Both the position numbers and the translations under genes were made by a program. DNA of 61,958 nt, counting the filler, from Basidioascus undulatus (Eukaryota): the NCBI GenBank assembly GCA_000826855.1. It is 9 parts of 9 records of this genome, joined end to end, with 100 filler letters (N's around TTAATTAATTAA, not from the genome) between each part and the next. Parts side by side here need not be neighbours in the genome. Positions count along the whole stretch, not along the records: positions 1 to 25,395 come from JTLS01000214.1; positions 25,496 to 29,989 come from JTLS01002141.1; 7 more parts are not named here. One strand, given 5' to 3'. The notes beneath the pieces are model-generated. The model was not told the DNA's origin. It did not search any database and worked only from the letters and a program-made list of their open reading frames with translations. Positions 12,684-26,115 of the stretch are shown here, piece by piece; position 1 is the stretch's first letter; each line of letters starts with the position of its first letter.

Positions 12684-15600
12684 TCACCGCTCGAACAAAA
12701 GACTCTTAACAAATCCAGCGGTCTCAACGAATCCAACAATGTTCCGAAGCGCGGGGCTGCCCCCGAGGCTGGGCTCGCCATTCGCGCCCGTCGGGCGGAG
12801 GTCGGACGTCCCGAAGCTGCTCGCGAGCTCGTCCGGGTCATCGCCCTTGTGCGCGGCGCGTAGTTGCGAGTCGATGTCCATGTGCGAGGACGAGCCGTCG
12901 CTGTCGCCGTCGAGCCAGGTCGAGGCCAACTTCGACTTGATGTCTTCGCGCACCCGCCGGAACGTCGTTGAGGCGAGGAGGATCGCGCCGTTGCGGGAAT
13001 CTGCAAGAAAGAGCATGATGGATTAGTCGACAGTGCAAAGGGAAAGATAGCAACAACAACAACGTACAGAACGTGATCCAAGCGCCATTCCGCTCACCCT
13101 GGCCCTTGGTACCCTCGGTCGGCAGTCGTTCAGACGGCGCCTCGTTCTCCACCGTCCCCACCGCGGCAGCGATGACGTTTGATCCGACGGAACCATACAA
13201 GACGCCGGCCAGGCCGGCTTCGGGCGGCGTTCTGGGGCCGCGGTTCGCAGGTACGGGCACCGTGTCGGGGTCCGGCACAGACGGTGCGTCCGCGTGCGAA
13301 ACCGGGCCGTGTATGGGGACACTGCGCTGGGCGAGGACCTGACTGAGCGCTTGGCCCGTGATGGGTAGGACCTCCGCGACAGTCGGGTCCGAAGAGGATG
13401 GGCGGCCGTAACTGAGCATGAACCCCCCGCCCCCGTTGCTGCTGCCCGCGCTCGGCCCGGCTGTGGGCGTGGCGTCGGCGATCGAGTCGTGGTGGTGTTG
13501 GCTTTGATGCGGCTGCTGCGCGTGTAGGCCGAGCTGGGAGTGGTTGAGGCCGGAAGAGGGGTCGAGGGATATAGGGATTCCGGTGCCGGGGACGTCACGG
13601 TGGAGGTAGAGCTGACCCAAATCGGACGGGGGCGGCTGCTGCTCTTCGTGATGACGATCTTGGCGCTGCTGCTGCTCTTCGTCGACCTGCATCACCTGGC
13701 CGCTGCCCGACTCGCTCGACGAGCTCTCGCCCGTGAGGAGCCCGGACTGGACGATCGAGACTTGGAACTCCTCCCAGTTGAGGCGGTGGCCGACGACGAT
13801 AAACTGCCAGTGGTCGTTGTCCGGGGTGACGCATTCCGGCGACGGCGGGGCGACGTAAGCGCAGCACGACTCGACGACGAAGCTGTTGTACGGGTAGAAG
13901 TACCGCGATGGGAGTGAGCCACCATGCCCCGCAACCTTGTCGGGAGGGTTAAGCGGTAGGCGTACCTGTTCTTCGCGTCCCCACTCCCGCTGACGCCGAG
14001 ATGAGACCAATGCCGATGCCGCGTGTCGAAGACGTCGATGGCGGAGATATTATACGCCTAGACTTCCATGCGATCAGAATTTGCGCACCCCTGCGGTTAA
14101 AGAGCGACCTCGTTACGCACGCAGTACTCGTCGTACGCCTCCGAGTCGTATGTTCCAGGAACTGGCGGTGTAACGGTAAGGGGTCAGGACAACCCACTTA
14201 TAAAAGGCGGAGAGATGAAGAGCAATCTCGCTCACCGATCGCTAAGCCGGCGAAAATCGCCAGCTTATGATCGCCGACGGGGACGATGGTCGCCTCGAGT
14301 CGCTCGCGAGGTTGCAGTCCTGTTTCAGCCGTCCCAGCCCACACCCAATCAGCACTCGGGGATCAAACACCTACTTGCCTGTCCACTGCAAATCGACTCA
14401 CCAGTCGTCGGGATATCATTCGAAGAGTGCATCTCCTCGCTGCTCGACGAGCTTCCAGAGCTGCGACGGTGGCTCGGGCCGGCCTCGAAGCCGTGCGGAG
14501 CGCTGGCGGCGGGGGAAGCCTGGGTAACGGACTGATGCGCCGCCGCGCGCTGCGCCCGGCGCTGCGCCCGGCGTTGTCCGTACGCGTCGGGAGAGCGGTA
14601 CGTGTGCCAGGACCATGCGTCTTTGGAAGGGGTGTACGTGAGCCGGTGGAGGTCGTCCCAGATGATGTTGACGGGGTTGTCGATTTGAGCGCCGCCTGAG
14701 TGAGGAAGGGATGAGAAACAATGGCAACCTGTGAGCGAGTAAGGCCGGGGCGGACCGAAGATGAAGAGATCGTTCTTGCTAACGCAGCTCGCGTGACCGA
14801 AGCGCAGTTCGGGAGGCATGCCGTTGACCTTGGGTCGGGACCAGAGGCGGGTCCGAGGGTCGTAAAGGAAGACGTCGTTGTCACCTGAGGCGCACCCAAA
14901 CGCGGAAGTAAGCAGTCCGTTCAGGTATAAACAGACTCGCACAGTGAGCGGACGAACGCACCGACCGAGTTCTCGGTCAAGCCGCCGAAGAGGACGAGCT
15001 TCTGGTCGAGCGTGTTGAACGAGTGTCCCTTCCTCGCGGTGGGCCAGATGATCTCGTCCGTGTCAGGCGAGCTCCCTTCCGTCTCCATCGCGCTCCGGAA
15101 CCCGGCGCAGCCAGTCCCCATGCTGGGCGTCGAGCCCGACGATGGTGTGTGCCCCAGCGGCGTTGAGTCCGTCTCCTTCCCCGAGAGCAAGGTGATGTGC
15201 GGGTTCGCAGCCGAGCCGAGCTCGCGCAGCTCCCAGCCGTCGAGGTTGATCTCGTACAGAGCGTCCGAGAGCTCGCCGGTCCGGACGCTCCGCTCGTCAA
15301 ACGAGTCGCGGTCTTCGAACGAGAGGTCCTCCATGTGCTGCTGCGAGCTCGTCGACGCCGACGACCGCTCCGCGCCGACCGTGGTCGTCCCGCCGCGCTC
15401 GGAGACTTCGTCCGCCGACGTGGCCGACGCCAAGGGGTCTCCCAGGCCGTGGGGGTCGCGCGCGGCGATGGGGAGGTCGAGCGGCGCGACGAGCGGATGG
15501 TGCGTACCCCCGAAAAGGTAGATCCGGTCTTCGCCCCACCCGGCTGAGGGCGCCATCAGCGGCACCCACGTCGGCTCGGTCTGCTGCGTCTCCAAGGAAG

Positions 15601-16768
15601 ACATGCCCTCGCTGTCGGAGACGCGGGGTGTGATGGTGAGGTACTTGCGCGTCCATTGGTGCGTGTTGATGTCCAGGACGTAGACGGAAGGGTTTGCGGA
15701 TCTGCTTCGTGCGAACCCGGATGGGAAGTTAGTCGAAGATCTCGAGAAGACACACGTGGCAGTGTCTGATACAAGCGAAGGAGCCAACCAAAATTGGTTC
15801 AACATGCAACCATCTCTGACCAAATGGGCCCGGAAAATGGAGACAAGCCCCTGCCCTCGACAGTTACGAAGGCTATCGAAACGACACGCACAGGTAGGGA
15901 AGATATAGCTTGTTTCCGAGCTGTACAGTGGCCTGATTTTGAGGGTGTCATTTTGAGTCAGTGCCGTATTCCTGTACGCTCATTTTTGAGGACAGCACCT
16001 GATGACTGAATGAAGGCGGAAAATTGTCTGCGGCAAGGTGAAGAGCGTCAGCGACTGAAGGCTCGTGGCCGGTGCTCGCTCGCTCTCTGCTCACCCGGTA
16101 AAGGCTCGAAAGGTGGAGAGGAAACGGGACTATGTTGAGTGGAAGCTGAGACGGTCGGTACGGAGTGGCCGTCGTCTTCCCCTTGTGACGGCTGCGGCGT
16201 CTTCGGTGCATGCTCGATGCTGAACGCCTCCCATTGCGCGCCTGTCCCACCGAAAGCCGTCAATGCCACTGTCTCCTCCTTCTCTTCGCCTGTACCACCG
16301 AAGCAGCTCCCGGAACGCACCCTGAAAGGCTCGATAGCGATTGACGAGCGTGCGGAAGACCCAGCAGGTCTGGGAAAGTCGGGCGAGGGAGCGCGGCGAG
16401 AGGCAGTCGAGGATGTGGAACGCCAGAGACGGGTCGAGGGAGAGGAGGGTCGGGAGCAGCATGGGGCGCGTGCGCAGAGGGATGTGAGCGGAGGACATTA
16501 GGTCCCTGTCCATGGTCCGTCGTCTGTCGTCGTTCTCGTCGCCGTCGCCGTCGTCTGTGGGCGGAGGACGGGCTGGTGCGGCGGAGGGGACTATGGGGGG
16601 CCCATCCAGACGGTCTGCGGGCGACGCGTCGGGGTCTGTCGTCGCCGGCGGTGGGTCTGGGGGCGCTGGCGATGGTGATGGGGAGGAGGATACGTGTGGT
16701 CTACCGCGTTGTGATGGCGAGGAGCGTCCCTCGTTCGAGCGAGGGCGCTTTGAGCTTGAGATGCTCAT
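12684..16768 (-). CDS. F-box-like plus Kelch-repeat protein
   Basis: LLSLDPSLAFHILDCLSPRSLARLSQTCW (F-box-like). Kelch blades VYVLDINTHQW, RIYLFGG, PTARKGHSFNTLDQKLVLFGG, DVFLYDPRTRLWSRPKVNGMPPELRFGHAS, IDVFDTRHRHW. Long low-complexity C-terminus. Exon boundaries approximate. Confidence 0.75.
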
Positions 16769-17693
16769 CTCGAGCGAGAGGGCTTCCCTCGAGAGTAGCG
16801 CAGAGCGCAAATCCAAAGCCCTGGTACCGGCGACCGGCGACTACTGTATTCTACTCACCTTCAGTTTCTTTGACGCAATCGAATTCACTCGAAAGTGAAG
16901 CATTGAGGAAAATTAATCGAATGAGACTGTACCTGGAGGACTACCGTGCTCTTTGGCTTGCACTTGCTCGTGTCGAGTGTTGGTACGCCTTCAGTGTCGT
17001 CGTCGTCGATCAAGTCCTTTAGGTCGTCGAGGCCTCAGAGCAGCATTTTTCGGCGAAGGATCTCGACTTGTCTTGACCCTCGTCGACATTCAGGACCACT
17101 GTTTTCCAGTAACTTCCAGTACTTTTCGTCGAAAATGGACCATGATACTTCCGGTTGTTCACGATCCGAGGCGCTAATGGCGTTCGCCACGGCACACAAG
17201 CCAACCATCAGCGGTTGCAGGAAGGTGGCGCTGTCAAAGGATGTAAATCTGCCCAGGATGCAAATCTGTGATCTACCAGACGACTACACACTCACTCGGC
17301 CGTTTCGCGGATCTGTCGGATATGCGATAACTTTTGATAACTGCTCTTCCTGCGAAATCCTGTCAACTTCCATGAACCCCACATCATGTGCAAGTGCTAC
17401 CGTCGTAGCATGGGATAGGACGACAGCGCATCGCAACTTGCCAACCTCCCATTCCACTCGGAGTGATTGTATGCGCAGGCATTCTCGCCATTACTCACGG
17501 TCTTGAGCTTATTTAGCCCAAGCTTGGTTCGTGGACAGGGTTTCCACGACCTCAACGCAGCTTCACTCAGTGAGCTGCAGTCAGAGTGTGCGCAATGTAT
17601 CAAGCAAGCAAAGGTACCAAGAGAGAGAGGAAGACAATGCGAATGTCATGAAGCAACAGGTGCCCTACCCAACCGGCGCAAGAATGTTCCACC

Positions 17694-20600
17694 CTACTCC
17701 TTTAGCGACAGGAATGTCTGCATCGCCTGCCGCAGCGTCTCGATCTCCTTCTCGCTCGCGAGGATCTACAAAGCAGCAGGCGTCAGTCTCGCTCTTCCCC
17801 GATTAGCGAGGATCGAGGTGGACCAAACAACGCACCTTCTCGTCGTTGCCCTTGCGGACCTCGGCGGGGATCTTGGTTTCGTAGTCGGGCGCCTTGGTGA
17901 GCTTGACGACCTTGTCGAGGTTGAGCTGCGCGAGCGCCTCCTTCTTCTGGAGCTTGGCGACCTCGGCGTCGATGTCGACGAGGCCCTGCAGGGCGGAGAA
18001 CACGAGGAGTCAAGTCAGAAAGCGTTCCCAGGCCCCAGCAAGGCAAGCATGTGAGAAGAGAGGCGTACCCGGACAAGGACGTGCACGTTGACCTCGGGGT
18101 GGATCGGCGTGACGGCGCAGCCTGCGGGGATCTCGGACGCGTTCGAGGTGACGGTGAAAGACTTGCAGCCCTTGGTGAGCGCCGCGCAAATGCCGACCTG
18201 GCTCGAGAGCACGGGCTGCTTGGCCTCGGACGCCTTGACGAAGACTACAGACGGGCAAATATGATGGTGAGTATGCGCAGCGGAAAGCAAAGGAAGACGC
18301 AACGCACCCTGAACGTTCGACTGGATGTTGTAGTTGACAGCGAGCGAGCGGGCGGCCTTGATAGCAGCGAAGGCGAGGTCGAAGTCCTTCTCGGCCTCGG
18401 GGAACTTGAAGTCGGAGTCCTGGAAGCGTTCCGGACCTCAATCAAGTCAGACACCAGCAGTACGATCCCATAGATACAAGCCAGACGCACGGAGACGGGG
18501 TAGGAAGTGAGCGCAATCGTCTCGGTCCTGTCCTCGGGCCGGCGCGGGAGGCGCTGCCACAGCTCCTCAGTGACGAACGGCATGAAGGGGTGGAGGAGGC
18601 GGAGGCCGGCGTCGAGACAGGTGTAGAGCGTGTTCTGCGCCGAACGGCGCATCTCGGGCGTCGCTTGCTCGTCCGTCATCGGCTTGGTCGCCTCCTGCAA
18701 TGCGAAACACAGCGCCATCATCAGCCATCGGATCGACTGAAGAAGAGGGTGGAAGACAGACAATGAAGACGTCGCAGAGCTCGTACAGCCAGAAGCTGTA
18801 GAGCGTGCTCGTCGCGGCCATGAGGTTCTTGGTCCGGAGCTCCTCGGCCACCTGCGTCGCCGCGTGGTCGAGCTTGTGCAGGATCCACTTCTCGACGAGG
18901 CTCTCTTTACCAGTAGGCTGTGCGACAGCGGTGTGCGTGCATCAGTCCAGCGGCTTCCGCGGATGGACATGATCGAAGGAGAAAATGAACCTTGGCAGTC
19001 GGCTCAGGAACGAAGTCCTCGGGGAACTTGAGCATGGCGAACTTGGTCGCGTTCCAGAGCTTGTTGCAGAACTTGCGGTAGCCCTCAACGCGGAGGATTT
19101 CGAGGTTGATGTCGCGGCCTGCAGCGAGTACGTTACCCATCAGTCAGTCTCCCCTAACGCAACGGCAGAATCAAGCTAAAACCGAAACGCACTGGTCGAC
19201 GTATACGCGCAGAGGGCGAAGCGAAGCGCGTCAGTGCCGCACTGCGGGATGCCCTTGGGGAAGTCCTTCTTCTGCCCGGCAGTCGCCTTCGCGATCTCCT
19301 TCTCGTCGAGGTTACCCTCCTGGAGCTTGTCGTGCAGCGCCTGCAGACTGACGCCCTCGATGACGTCGATCGGGTCGATAACGTTGCCGAGCGACTTGGA
19401 CATCTTGCGGCCGTGCGCATCACTGTCCCATGACCCCAAGTCCGTTAGAGCAGAGCGTGGCGGAGATGCAGGAAAAAGTGAAGGACGAACCGGATCATGG
19501 CGTGGCAGAAGACCTCCTTGAACGGCATCTGGCCGGTGAGGCCGATACCGAAGAAGACCATGCGCGCGACCCAGAAGAAGAGGATGTCCCAGCCGGTCTC
19601 GAGGAGCGAGTTGGGGTAGAAGTTGGCGAGATCCTGCGTCTTGTCGGGCCAGCCCATGATCGAAAACGGCCAGAGACCGCTGCAGTCGCGTCAATGTCAG
19701 AAATGTGCGGCGAATTAACAGCTGCGGATTGAAAAAGAGCTACGTACGAGCTGAACCAGGTATCCAAGACGTCCTCGTCCTGCTCAAGCGTGTACGGGCG
19801 GCCACCCGCAAGCTTCTTCGCGCGCTCCTCGGCCTCCTCCTTCGTGCGGCCAACGACCCAGTACTTGTTGTCGGAGACCTGCAGCGCGCACGCATCAGCC
19901 AACTGCACCCCACCGCACCCGCACCCGCAGCCTAGTAAAAGCGGGATGGTGAACGCACGTCCTGCTCGACGCCCTCGATGCGGACGAAGTACGCCGGGCA
20001 GCGGTGGCCCCACCACAGCTGGCGCGAGATGCACCAGTCCTGGATGTTCTCGAGCCAGCGGTACCAGTCGCCCTCCGAGTGCTTGGGCGAGATGTGCATC
20101 TCGCCGGCCTTCGTGCGCTGCGTGATTAAAGCTCCTCGATCAGCAGCCGCGCCTGTGCACTGAATGACGCCGGTGTGGAATCAAATGCACCTCGATCGCC
20201 TCGGCCGCAAACTGCTTGCAGTTCACCCACCACTGCGGCTTCATCATCGGCTCGATGATGTCGCCCGACTTGCTGCAATGCGCGAGCGCAAGCTCATCAG
20301 CCTTCTTCGCTGCATACCACCCCGAGCGACGGACAGACACCAAAGACGTACGCGCAGATGGGGACGTTCATGGGGTTGTCCTTAGTCTCGATGTAGAGGC
20401 CCTTCTCCTTGAGCTTCTCGACGACAGCGCGGCGCGCGTGGAAGCGGCGCATGCCCTTGAACTCGGGCCCGGCGTTGTCGTTGAACGTGCCGTCGTCGTT
20501 GAGGATGTTGATGAAGGGGAGGTTGTGGCGCACGCCGACCTCGTAGTCGTTGAAGTCGTGCGCGGGCGTCATCTTGACCGCGCCCGTGCCGAACGTCATA

Positions 20601-22434
20601 TCGACCGCCTGCGCGTCCGTGATGATCGGGATGCGTCGGTCGATGAACGGGTGCAGCACGTACTTTCCGTGGAGGTGCTGATCAAGCAGAGGCAATTTGA
20701 GCTTTCACTGTTGAGTAAGGAGAAGGGGGAACAACAGCTCACCTTGTAGCGCTCGTCGTCCGGGTGGACAGCGACAGCAGTGTCGCCGAGCATGGTCTCG
20801 GGACGTGTAGTAGCGACAATGATCTTCTCGTCTGAGAGCGCGACGTTCGGTCAGCGACCATGTCCCCCACAGTACGCAGGCTCGAGCAACCACCCACCAG
20901 ACCCCTCGATCGGGTACGCAAAGCTCGTGATGACACCGAACTCGAACTTCTCCTTGATGTCGTAGCCGGGGACGTTGAGGAGCGTCCGCCCAGTGAGCTC
21001 CTTTTGCTCGAGCTGCAGTGCCCTTCGCATTAGCTCCTGCTGCTAGGGATTCCTGAAAGGAATGGGAAGCACCTCGAGGTTGGACAGCGCAGTGTTCATG
21101 CGGACACACCAGTTGACGAGGCGGTTCGCGCGGTAGATCGTGCCGCGCTCGTGCAGCTGACAGAACGCCTCGGTGACGGCCTTGGACAGTTTCTGCAACC
21201 CCCCGCAGCGGCAGTCAGCCTCCTCCACCCCATCTTTTCAATGCCTCCTAGCGAAGCACGCACAGCGTCCATAGTGAAAGCGACGCGGTCCCAGTCGTAC
21301 GAGGCGCCGAGGCGGCGGAGCTGGTTCGAGATACGCCCCTGGTACCTAGCCAAACGCGAAAGGCCCGTGTCAGCCCTCCTCCTTACCCAACTGTGGCCGA
21401 AGCAAGGGATGGAAACGCACTCCTCCTTCCAGTCCCAGACCTTCTCCAAAAACTTCTCCCGCCCCAGGTCATGCCGCGTCTGGCCAGACGCCTTCCACAG
21501 GCGCTTCTCGACGACGGACTGGGTGGAAATGCCGGCGTGGTCGTAGCCGGGGTTGAAGAGGACGGTCTTTCCGAGCATGCGGTTCCTGTTCCCCCGACCC
21601 GAACCACAACTTCACCTCTGCTCCTGCTTCCAAGCGCCTATCTCCGGGTGACGCACCAGCGCACAAGCGAGTCCTGGATGGCGATGGTGAGGGCGTGGCC
21701 GATGTGAAGGCTGCCCGTAACGTTCGGGGGTGGGGCGGGGACGACGAAGACCTCGCCGAGGGACTTGCCGTCCTTGTCGAGCTTGGGTTTGAAGAACCCG
21801 CGGGCCTCCCACCAGTCGTACCACGCGGACTCGACGGCCTCGGGGTTGTAGCCGGCCGCCATGGGCTTGGTCAGGTCTACATGAAGCCACCCCACCCACA
21901 TTCAGCTTGACTTCGGACCGCCTAGAGGGGAAGGAGAAGACGAGAAGACGAGAAGACGCACCCTTCTTCTGCCCCTTCGGCGTCGTGTTCACAAACGGTT
22001 CCTCCTTCTCCACCTCCTTCGCGGGCTTCGTCTTGGACTTCTTCTCCCCCGTAGGAGTGGCAGCGGGCGTCTTGGTGCTCTTCGCCGCCTTCTTCGCAAG
22101 GGCCTCAAGGCGGCGAGCCTCCTTCTTGGCTGCAGAGTCCCACGTCCCTCTCGTCAGCCCATTTCCGCCTCGGACACTCTGTCCACGGAACCAAGGACGC
22201 ACCAGCGCTCTTGCTCGGCTCCTTAGGCTCAACAGGCTCGCCCGCAGATGCAGCAGCGTCCGGGTTGTGTGCGCCCGTGGGCGGGGGTGCGGTCGTTGCG
22301 GCAGTCTGCTCGGGGGCGGGGGCGGACATGGTGGTCGCGAACGAGCGGGAGTTGATGGGGGAGAATACGGAGAACCTGTGGGATATTTGTGTGTGTATGA
22401 CTCGACCGGGGAGGAGAGCGAGAGTGCGGAGCAT
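17694..22434 (-). CDS. VAS1: Valyl-tRNA synthetase with two in-frame ATGs (22434, 22329)
   Basis: [100 protein letters not shown]. Confidence 0.97.
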
Positions 22435-22979
22435 GCACTGCCGTGCGAGCGGTCGAATCGAGTCAAGAAATGGACTTCCAAGAGAGAAGACAGACAACCC
22501 GCGCCGGTACAGCCGGCGGGCCGAGGTTACGGCTACGGAGCAGCGAAGGCAGTCTCACTTTCACATTCAAACTTCCTCTTGCTCCAAGTCCTTTGTCAGA
22601 AATCTGGGGTACTGCAAATGTGTAAAGAAATGGGCCGGAAACTTGCAGCCAGACACTGTTTAATTCAAAAGTCGTGTGCAGGTAGTTTTTGCGCTGCTGC
22701 CACAGGACCTGACCTGCAGTACGATGCCAAGCACGCTTCAAGCAACGAACAGCAAACAAGTCTTATCAGAAAAAGAAGGGGCAGTCAAACCCCGTATCAG
22801 TGTTCAATGGGACGGTGCCAGCCCGCGTCGAAGGTACATCAATCGGTCCGTTCTGAGCGTCCCACTCTTCCCACAACGCCTGCAACTCCTGACGCCTCGC
22901 CTCGCACAGCCCCTTCCGCTCTGCCTCCCTGAAATGACGCAGCATCCACCGATGCTCCGCCGGCTCAACAGCCCTCGCT

Positions 22980-24550
22980 CTGACGTTCCGGAACCCCTCA
23001 TCCCAGACCCATGTCTGTCCGTTCACCTAGAACCGCTCCAGATACGGTAGAATCGCGCGGTAAGCGTCCGGCGTGCTGGTCTCGATGAACGCGAGCAGGT
23101 TCGTTCAGTACATGAGGGAGAGATGGCGGATGTTGGAAAGGGGTGCGAGGTCGGATGGGCTGAGGGCTGGGGGCTGCGCGATAAGAAGATAGCGGATGAG
23201 AGTGATTAGTGGACGCATGCTAGACAGTAATTATGTGGCAGATAAAGAACTCACGTCGTCATCTTCTGGAGCGCTACAAGGTACGACGATGAGCGAACGC
23301 AGTGCAACAGGGTAAACGGCCGCGATGTGGCCCGCCCACCCTTCGCTGAAGTACCCTGCATCGAGACCGAGCGCGGCAATACCCGGGTTGAATATCAGGA
23401 CATCGAACACCCTTCCTCCGAAGCACGGCGTGCTGACAGGCAGGGTAAGGCGCCGCAGAGCCGGCCGCCCGCCCAGAAAGCGCCGGAGCGCGTCAGTCAG
23501 GAGGTCTAGGCGGAACCAGGAAATGACGTCCTCTTCCTCCTATTCTAGTTTGAGACCCGCCCACGTCGGCTGATCCAGGTTTGGCGACTCTTCGATCATG
23601 CTAAATTTCTCGAGGGAGGGGAACGCGTCGGCGTGGGCTTCGAGGAGAGATGCGAGGGGCCCGAGGTCGAGGTTGTCGCGTGGTTGAGGGAGGACGAGCG
23701 AGAGCGAGGCGAGGGCCGCCGGGAGATGCGGGAAGAGGAGGTGAGGTATGGAAGCGTCCGGATCGAAGTTGGTGGTGGCTTGATTGATTGCGAGCGAGCG
23801 CAGGGAGGAGAGAGATGAAAGGGCAGGGCGAAGGAGGGGCGCAGGGGGGAAGTTGGCGGCTGGGAGAGAGAGAACAGCGGTTGCTTTCGGAGGAGGTCCG
23901 GAAGACAGTCCGGTGTGTGAGGCTCCAATCTTCGAAGGGAGCTTCGGAACGTAGTCGCAGGGCGCGCAGCGGCGCAATGAAGCGAGGGAGTCCCATCCGC
24001 AGGGCATGGTGCTGTTTGTCTTAAACTTCAGCGTGACCAGCAACTGCAGGCGGATGTGAAACTGATACTTACGGGATCGTAAGTTCCACCAGTTGCGGCT
24101 GATGGTCACTCAGCACCTCGACAAGCCCCGGCACGTATTCCTCTGCGTGGAGCGCTCGAAGCTTGACCATGCGGCGACCTGATGAGAGCCAGCAAAGCGG
24201 ACACAGCCCGCAGCTTGTCTGAGCACCTCAGAAATACAAAATGAGGGAAGATCAACAGTCAACTCACCACTTTCAATCTTGATTTGCGTCTTGCTGCCGT
24301 ACCCCGGTCGCCGCCAGATGCCGATGCAGAGCTCCCGGAGCGTAGCCGCCCGCATAGCGCTTTGGTCGGAATCAGAGAGACAACCAAGCGATTCGGAAAA
24401 AGCACAGAAGTCGAGGTGAAGGGTGCGAAACACAGCAGGAGCGATGACCGCGCGGAGGGAGCGGCAGACGAGCGAGAGCGAGAGCAGGGAAGGGTCCGGG
24501 CAGGTACGCCAGAAGATCGGTTTGAAGTTCTGTGGAAGAGTCACGAGCAT
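22980..24550 (-). pseudogene. Basidiomycete-type F-box/LRR-like protein, disrupted
   Basis: N-terminal F-box (LP-TELQTDLLAYLP-DPSLLSLSLVCRSL) split by frameshifts. Leucine-rich segments (LSSLRSLAI, FPSLEKFS, ALRRLTL) with in-frame stops, for example TAG at about 23540. 3' end approximate. Confidence 0.55.
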
Positions 24551-25395
24551 CTCGAGATGAGTTTGTTAAAGATATCGAGGATTGAGTTGATAAAGGAGGA
24601 TGAACGATCGAAAGCTGCGGTGGGAGCGCAGGGTAGCCAGTAAGGGAAGAGAAAGGTTTAGGGCTTGAAGCTTTATAGGCCGCGAATCCCAAGTACGAGG
24701 AAGCAGCGCCAATCTAGGTTACATTTAGTGTTTCTACGGACCACCCACCCCGTCTAGATATTCTTGATGTCATGGAACGTTTCTTTACCTCGAGGTGTCC
24801 TTTTGCCGTTGTGCAGTGGGTGCTGTGAAGAAAGGCCCCAGTGGCTCGCCTCGCACAGTTTGGCAGCCTTCTTACTGAAAAGCTGACATTCCACGGGTAT
24901 TAAGGAAATGCCTGTATTATTCCTTTGCAGGAGGCAAACTGAGTTGACGGGCATTGTGAGACTGCGATTCGACCTGAGTCTGATCTTCGAATTCTGCTTT
25001 CTGAGTACACCAACAACAATGTTCTTGTACCTAATCGTCATGGCCTTGACAAGGTAGAGACATTTGTGTACTCAACCTTCCGCAAACAATGATTGGTCAG
25101 GTCCTCCGTCATGTTTCGTAGGCGCGCAAATAAATGCATCTGCTCCCGCCTTTCGGCAGTGTGCTCCTCCATGGACACATCTTAGAATGCGGTTCGGAAG
25201 TCCCGACGGTATGTTCAAAGAGCAAAGGTAATTTTGATTACATGTAGAGGATTTCACACCACCGGCAGCAGTGGGCCGCATGCTCACAACCTGGTGGACG
25301 GTAGAGAGGTCGCGAGCGCTTCAGTCCCTTCGCGCGTGCATCGGGTACGTCCTTGTTTTTCACTTGTTTCTCAAATACCTGTAAACCTTCTGACC

Positions 25396-25495
25396 NNNNN
25401 NNNNNNNNNNNNNNNNNNNNNNNNNNNNNNNNNNNNNNNTTAATTAATTAANNNNNNNNNNNNNNNNNNNNNNNNNNNNNNNNNNNNNNNNNNNN
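25396..25495. other. Artificial contig spacer
   Basis: N44-TTAATTAATTAA-N44, a six-frame stop linker. Confidence 0.98.
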
Positions 25496-26115
25496 ATCCA
25501 ATTTTCTGCGTTAACTGCGGACTGATGCACTCTTGAAGGTACACCATCTTCGTCCCACGGCGGAAAATGTCCTGAGGTGGGCGGACACTCGATAACATGG
25601 AATAATTGCGTATGCAGATCATCCAGAGACTCAATATACACCGCTTATGGAAGCATGGCGAGTTTAGGATGGGTTTAATGCTTAGGGTATTTAGCGTCAC
25701 CGTTGCTGGACTGCCTCCTCATCACATGGAGGACTGTTTTTGCTACTCCTTGAGTTCTCGACAAGGTCTCCTTCGAAACGTGCCATTTCTTCCCGATCCG
25801 TCATCTCTGCTTGCTGCCCAATGCCCAGTCGAGCAGTCAAGCTACGGGCCACTTGCAGCGATCTTGTCGAGTAACCTCCCGCACCTCCTTCCTTCTCCGT
25901 CTCCTCTTCTGCACTTCACCACATATCCTTCATAAAGGACCATCAAAACTTTAGGAGAGTCACGACATCTCATTAGCCCATGACGAGCACTGTCGAGAGC
26001 ATAAAAGACCGGCGTTTGGCAGTCGGCTGTTTCCCCATTCCCCTCTTCGTCACTCTCAGATCCCTGTGCATCTTCCACGCTTTACTGCCTCCCCTTCACA
26101 TCATCAACAGCAACC

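Noticed and set aside
16946..17506. 186-aa ORF between the Kelch gene and ValRS
   Set aside because: No recognisable motif, lower coding-like bias and no supportable exon structure.
25440..25451. Recurrent TTAATTAATTAA motif about every 4.6 kb
   Set aside because: Artificial linker embedded in N runs, not a biological repeat.
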